A program made the position numbers and the translations under genes. Shown here piece after piece: positions 62,188 through 64,000 of a stretch of 64,000 bases of DNA (position 1 is the first letter of the stretch; each line of letters opens with the position of its first letter). Origin of the DNA: Trypanosoma brucei (Eukaryota). Under the pieces are notes generated by a model that saw only the letters and a program-made list of their open reading frames with translations, had not been told where the DNA came from and ran no database searches. The stretch is taken from positions 1,408,001 through 1,472,000 of the forward strand of contig CP000070.1 of the NCBI GenBank assembly GCA_000002445.1. The letters are read 5' to 3'.

Positions 62188-64000
62188 ATGATATCTGGTT
62201 TTGCAGATTTCTTTAACATCAATCATCTCGACATGTCGAGTGATGCCAACGATGTGATTGTTGTGCATCACCCTGATGGTCGCTTACATAGCACCGACTT
62301 CAACGTCCGCTTCGGTAAAGTAAAAGTCCTTCGTCCGGGTGACAAAGTGGTGCGTATTGAAGTAAATGGCCAAATGACATCAGCAATCATGAAGATTGGA
62401 CCGAATGGCGAAGCGTTTTGGTTGAAGACAACATGCCTATTGGATGGGGATTGCGGGAGACCGGAGTCGCCCGTTTTTGCCAGTGACGACTCGCAAGACA
62501 CCGGAGCCTCGATCACCTCTGCCGGAGGAGGGGAACTTCCCGTAAAATCCCTACGGCACCGATTATTTGGCTCTTGGGGGAAAAACAAGTTTAATGGGAC
62601 TCAAGATGACCCGGAAACGAGGAGCCATCAACCTCTTATCAAGCAAGATTGCGATGAACGCCTGCATGTTAATACGCAGGCGCAATGTTCAGGTGCTGAT
62701 GCTGTTGAATTGCATCTCGCCGAGGAAACTGTTGTTGCGGCAGAGCGTGCGATGCAGGAAATCAAGCGGCTGTCGCATCAGAATCCCGATTATCTACGGG
62801 ATGTAGTGATGGGTGACACCGAGGGTGAAGCGTGTTTACAGGAGCTAAGCGGATTTCAGGACTATACGAGGTTAATGGTTGATACGACGGAGGGAAGCAG
62901 CACTGCAGTGAACAGTACCGAAATTACTGTTGGTGTTCCTGATGATGTTACACAGATGGTGCAAGTAGAAACTTCCACCCAAGGTGGAGATGGTTCTTTT
63001 TCCGACGTCGCTGCACTGGGTTCATCAGCAAGTGATGAGGGACTTGAGGCGTCAGCTGACGATTATATTTTTGAGGATGTTCATCTTCCCGCGGACACTG
63101 ATGAAGGGGTAACAGCAGGTTGCAGCGGCACGCCACCGTGTGGCTCTTGTACACCTGCACGGAGTGTTGCACCAGTAACTCCCGTTCCTGATGTTTGTGC
63201 CAGCAACCCTCCATCACCGTGTGGCCCCACTCCGGAGGGGCAAGGGGCTGTGTCTCAACAAAATGATGTGCCGAGCAAGGCGACGGCAAGCAACTACAGT
63301 GGCAGTGGTACCAACGACTTGAATTCCAATGGCATTACATCAAGTGACGGGACATACTTTACTCGCAGCCTCGTTCCCATGGAAGCGGATCTGTTAAAGC
63401 TAAACCTTGTCCCGGGGCACAATCGCATTCGCTATATTACGCACAGTTCCCTCCGTGGTGAAGTTGCTGTAGAGGCGAACGTGTACTTGTGGGACTCTAC
63501 TGACCGCCTTGTCATTAGTGACGTGGATGGCACGATCACGAAAAGTGATGTTCTGGGCCACATCATGCCTTTGATTGGTCGGGATTGGACCCATCCCGGT
63601 ATTTGCTCGTTGTATAGCCAGATTCAAAAAAATGGCTATCGTCTTGTATACCTCACTGCACGAAGTGTTTCACAGATAAGCATGACGCGCAAATTTTTGT
63701 GGAATATACAGCAGAATGGAGTGTCACTTCCCAAGGGCCCGGTGCTTACAGCACCGAAGCGACTGTTCTCAGCGCTGGCGCAGGAGGTAGCGATGAAATC
63801 CCATTTTTTCAAGATTGCCTGTCTTCAGAAGGTGGTCAATGCCTTCCCACAAAAAACTAAACCCTTCTACGCGGGTTTTGGAAACCGACTGAGTGATATG
63901 CTAAGTTACCTTGCCGTCATGGTTCCGGAACATAAAATATATGTTGTCGACTCAAAGAGTTTGGTTCGCGTGGCGAATGTGACATCAACCTATCAAAGGC
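62188..64000 (+). CDS. lipin-family Mg2+-dependent phosphatidate phosphatase (3' end beyond window); resembles the described trypanosome lipin (TbLpn)
   Basis: This ORF is absent from the track because no stop occurs before the window end. The ATG at 62188 is the first in-frame M after stop 62173-75. N-LIP domain: MISGFADFFNINHLD...DVIVVHHPDGRLHSTDFNVRFGKVKVLRPGDKVVRIEVNG. C-LIP/HAD domain with catalytic DxDGT at 63520-63540: LVISDVDGTITKSDVLGHIMPLIGRDWTHPGICSLYSQIQKNGYRLVYLTARS...FYAGFGNRLSD. Polypyrimidine tract at 61630-61730 with AG at 61733-34 upstream. Confidence 0.85.
   Translation, partial: MISGFADFFNINHLDMSSDANDVIVVHHPDGRLHSTDFNVRFGKVKVLRPGDKVVRIEVNGQMTSAIMKIGPNGEAFWLKTTCLLDGDCGRPESPVFASDDSQDTGASITSAGGGELPVKSLRHRLFGSWGKNKFNGTQDDPETRSHQPLIKQDCDERLHVNTQAQCSGADAVELHLAEETVVAAERAMQEIKRLSHQNPDYLRDVVMGDTEGEACLQELSGFQDYTRLMVDTTEGSSTAVNSTEITVGVPDDVTQMVQVETSTQGGDGSFSDVAALGSSASDEGLEASADDYIFEDVHLPADTDEGVTAGCSGTPPCGSCTPARSVAPVTPVPDVCASNPPSPCGPTPEGQGAVSQQNDVPSKATASNYSGSGTNDLNSNGITSSDGTYFTRSLVPMEADLLKLNLVPGHNRIRYITHSSLRGEVAVEANVYLWDSTDRLVISDVDGTITKSDVLGHIMPLIGRDWTHPGICSLYSQIQKNGYRLVYLTARSVSQISMTRKFLWNIQQNGVSLPKGPVLTAPKRLFSALAQEVAMKSHFFKIACLQKVVNAFPQKTKPFYAGFGNRLSDMLSYLAVMVPEHKIYVVDSKSLVRVANVTSTYQR

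Overview
The window reads as nuclear DNA from a kinetoplastid, most like the Trypanosoma brucei group. I infer this from sixteen long intron-less ORFs that all lie on the + strand (one directional polycistronic cluster). They are separated by AT-rich, low-complexity intergenic DNA full of polypyrimidine tracts and (TG)n/(AT)n microsatellites. Coding GC is clearly higher than intergenic GC. No prokaryotic features are present (no CRISPR array, no operon or terminator logic). The antisense and alternative-frame ORFs in the supplied track are best explained as artefacts. Products recognisable directly from the translations are: an ankyrin-repeat protein (5' partial), a YEATS-domain protein, a protein with three PDZ-like domains, a PAQR/hemolysin-III family membrane protein, a protein carrying about 8.7 tandem 34-aa repeats, a two-RRM RNA-binding protein, a very large multi-pass membrane protein, and a lipin/phosphatidate phosphatase (3' partial). 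Several large hypothetical proteins complete the set. The most unusual structures are four. First, a direct tandem duplication of a roughly 6.3 kb two-gene cassette (about 42.2-48.5 kb and 48.8-55.1 kb). In it one paralog pair (a signal-peptide/single-transmembrane protein with a GSF-motif tail) is mosaic, with a swapped transmembrane-plus-juxtamembrane module, while the other pair is about 99.8% identical. Second, two roughly 7 kb gene-free deserts (12.8-20.3 kb and 31.3-37.9 kb) built from alternating poly-purine and poly-pyrimidine blocks inside the unidirectional cluster. Third, a Cys/Ser-coding hexamer microsatellite that is open in three frames at the 5' end of one gene. Fourth, ambiguous translation starts on several of the largest ORFs.
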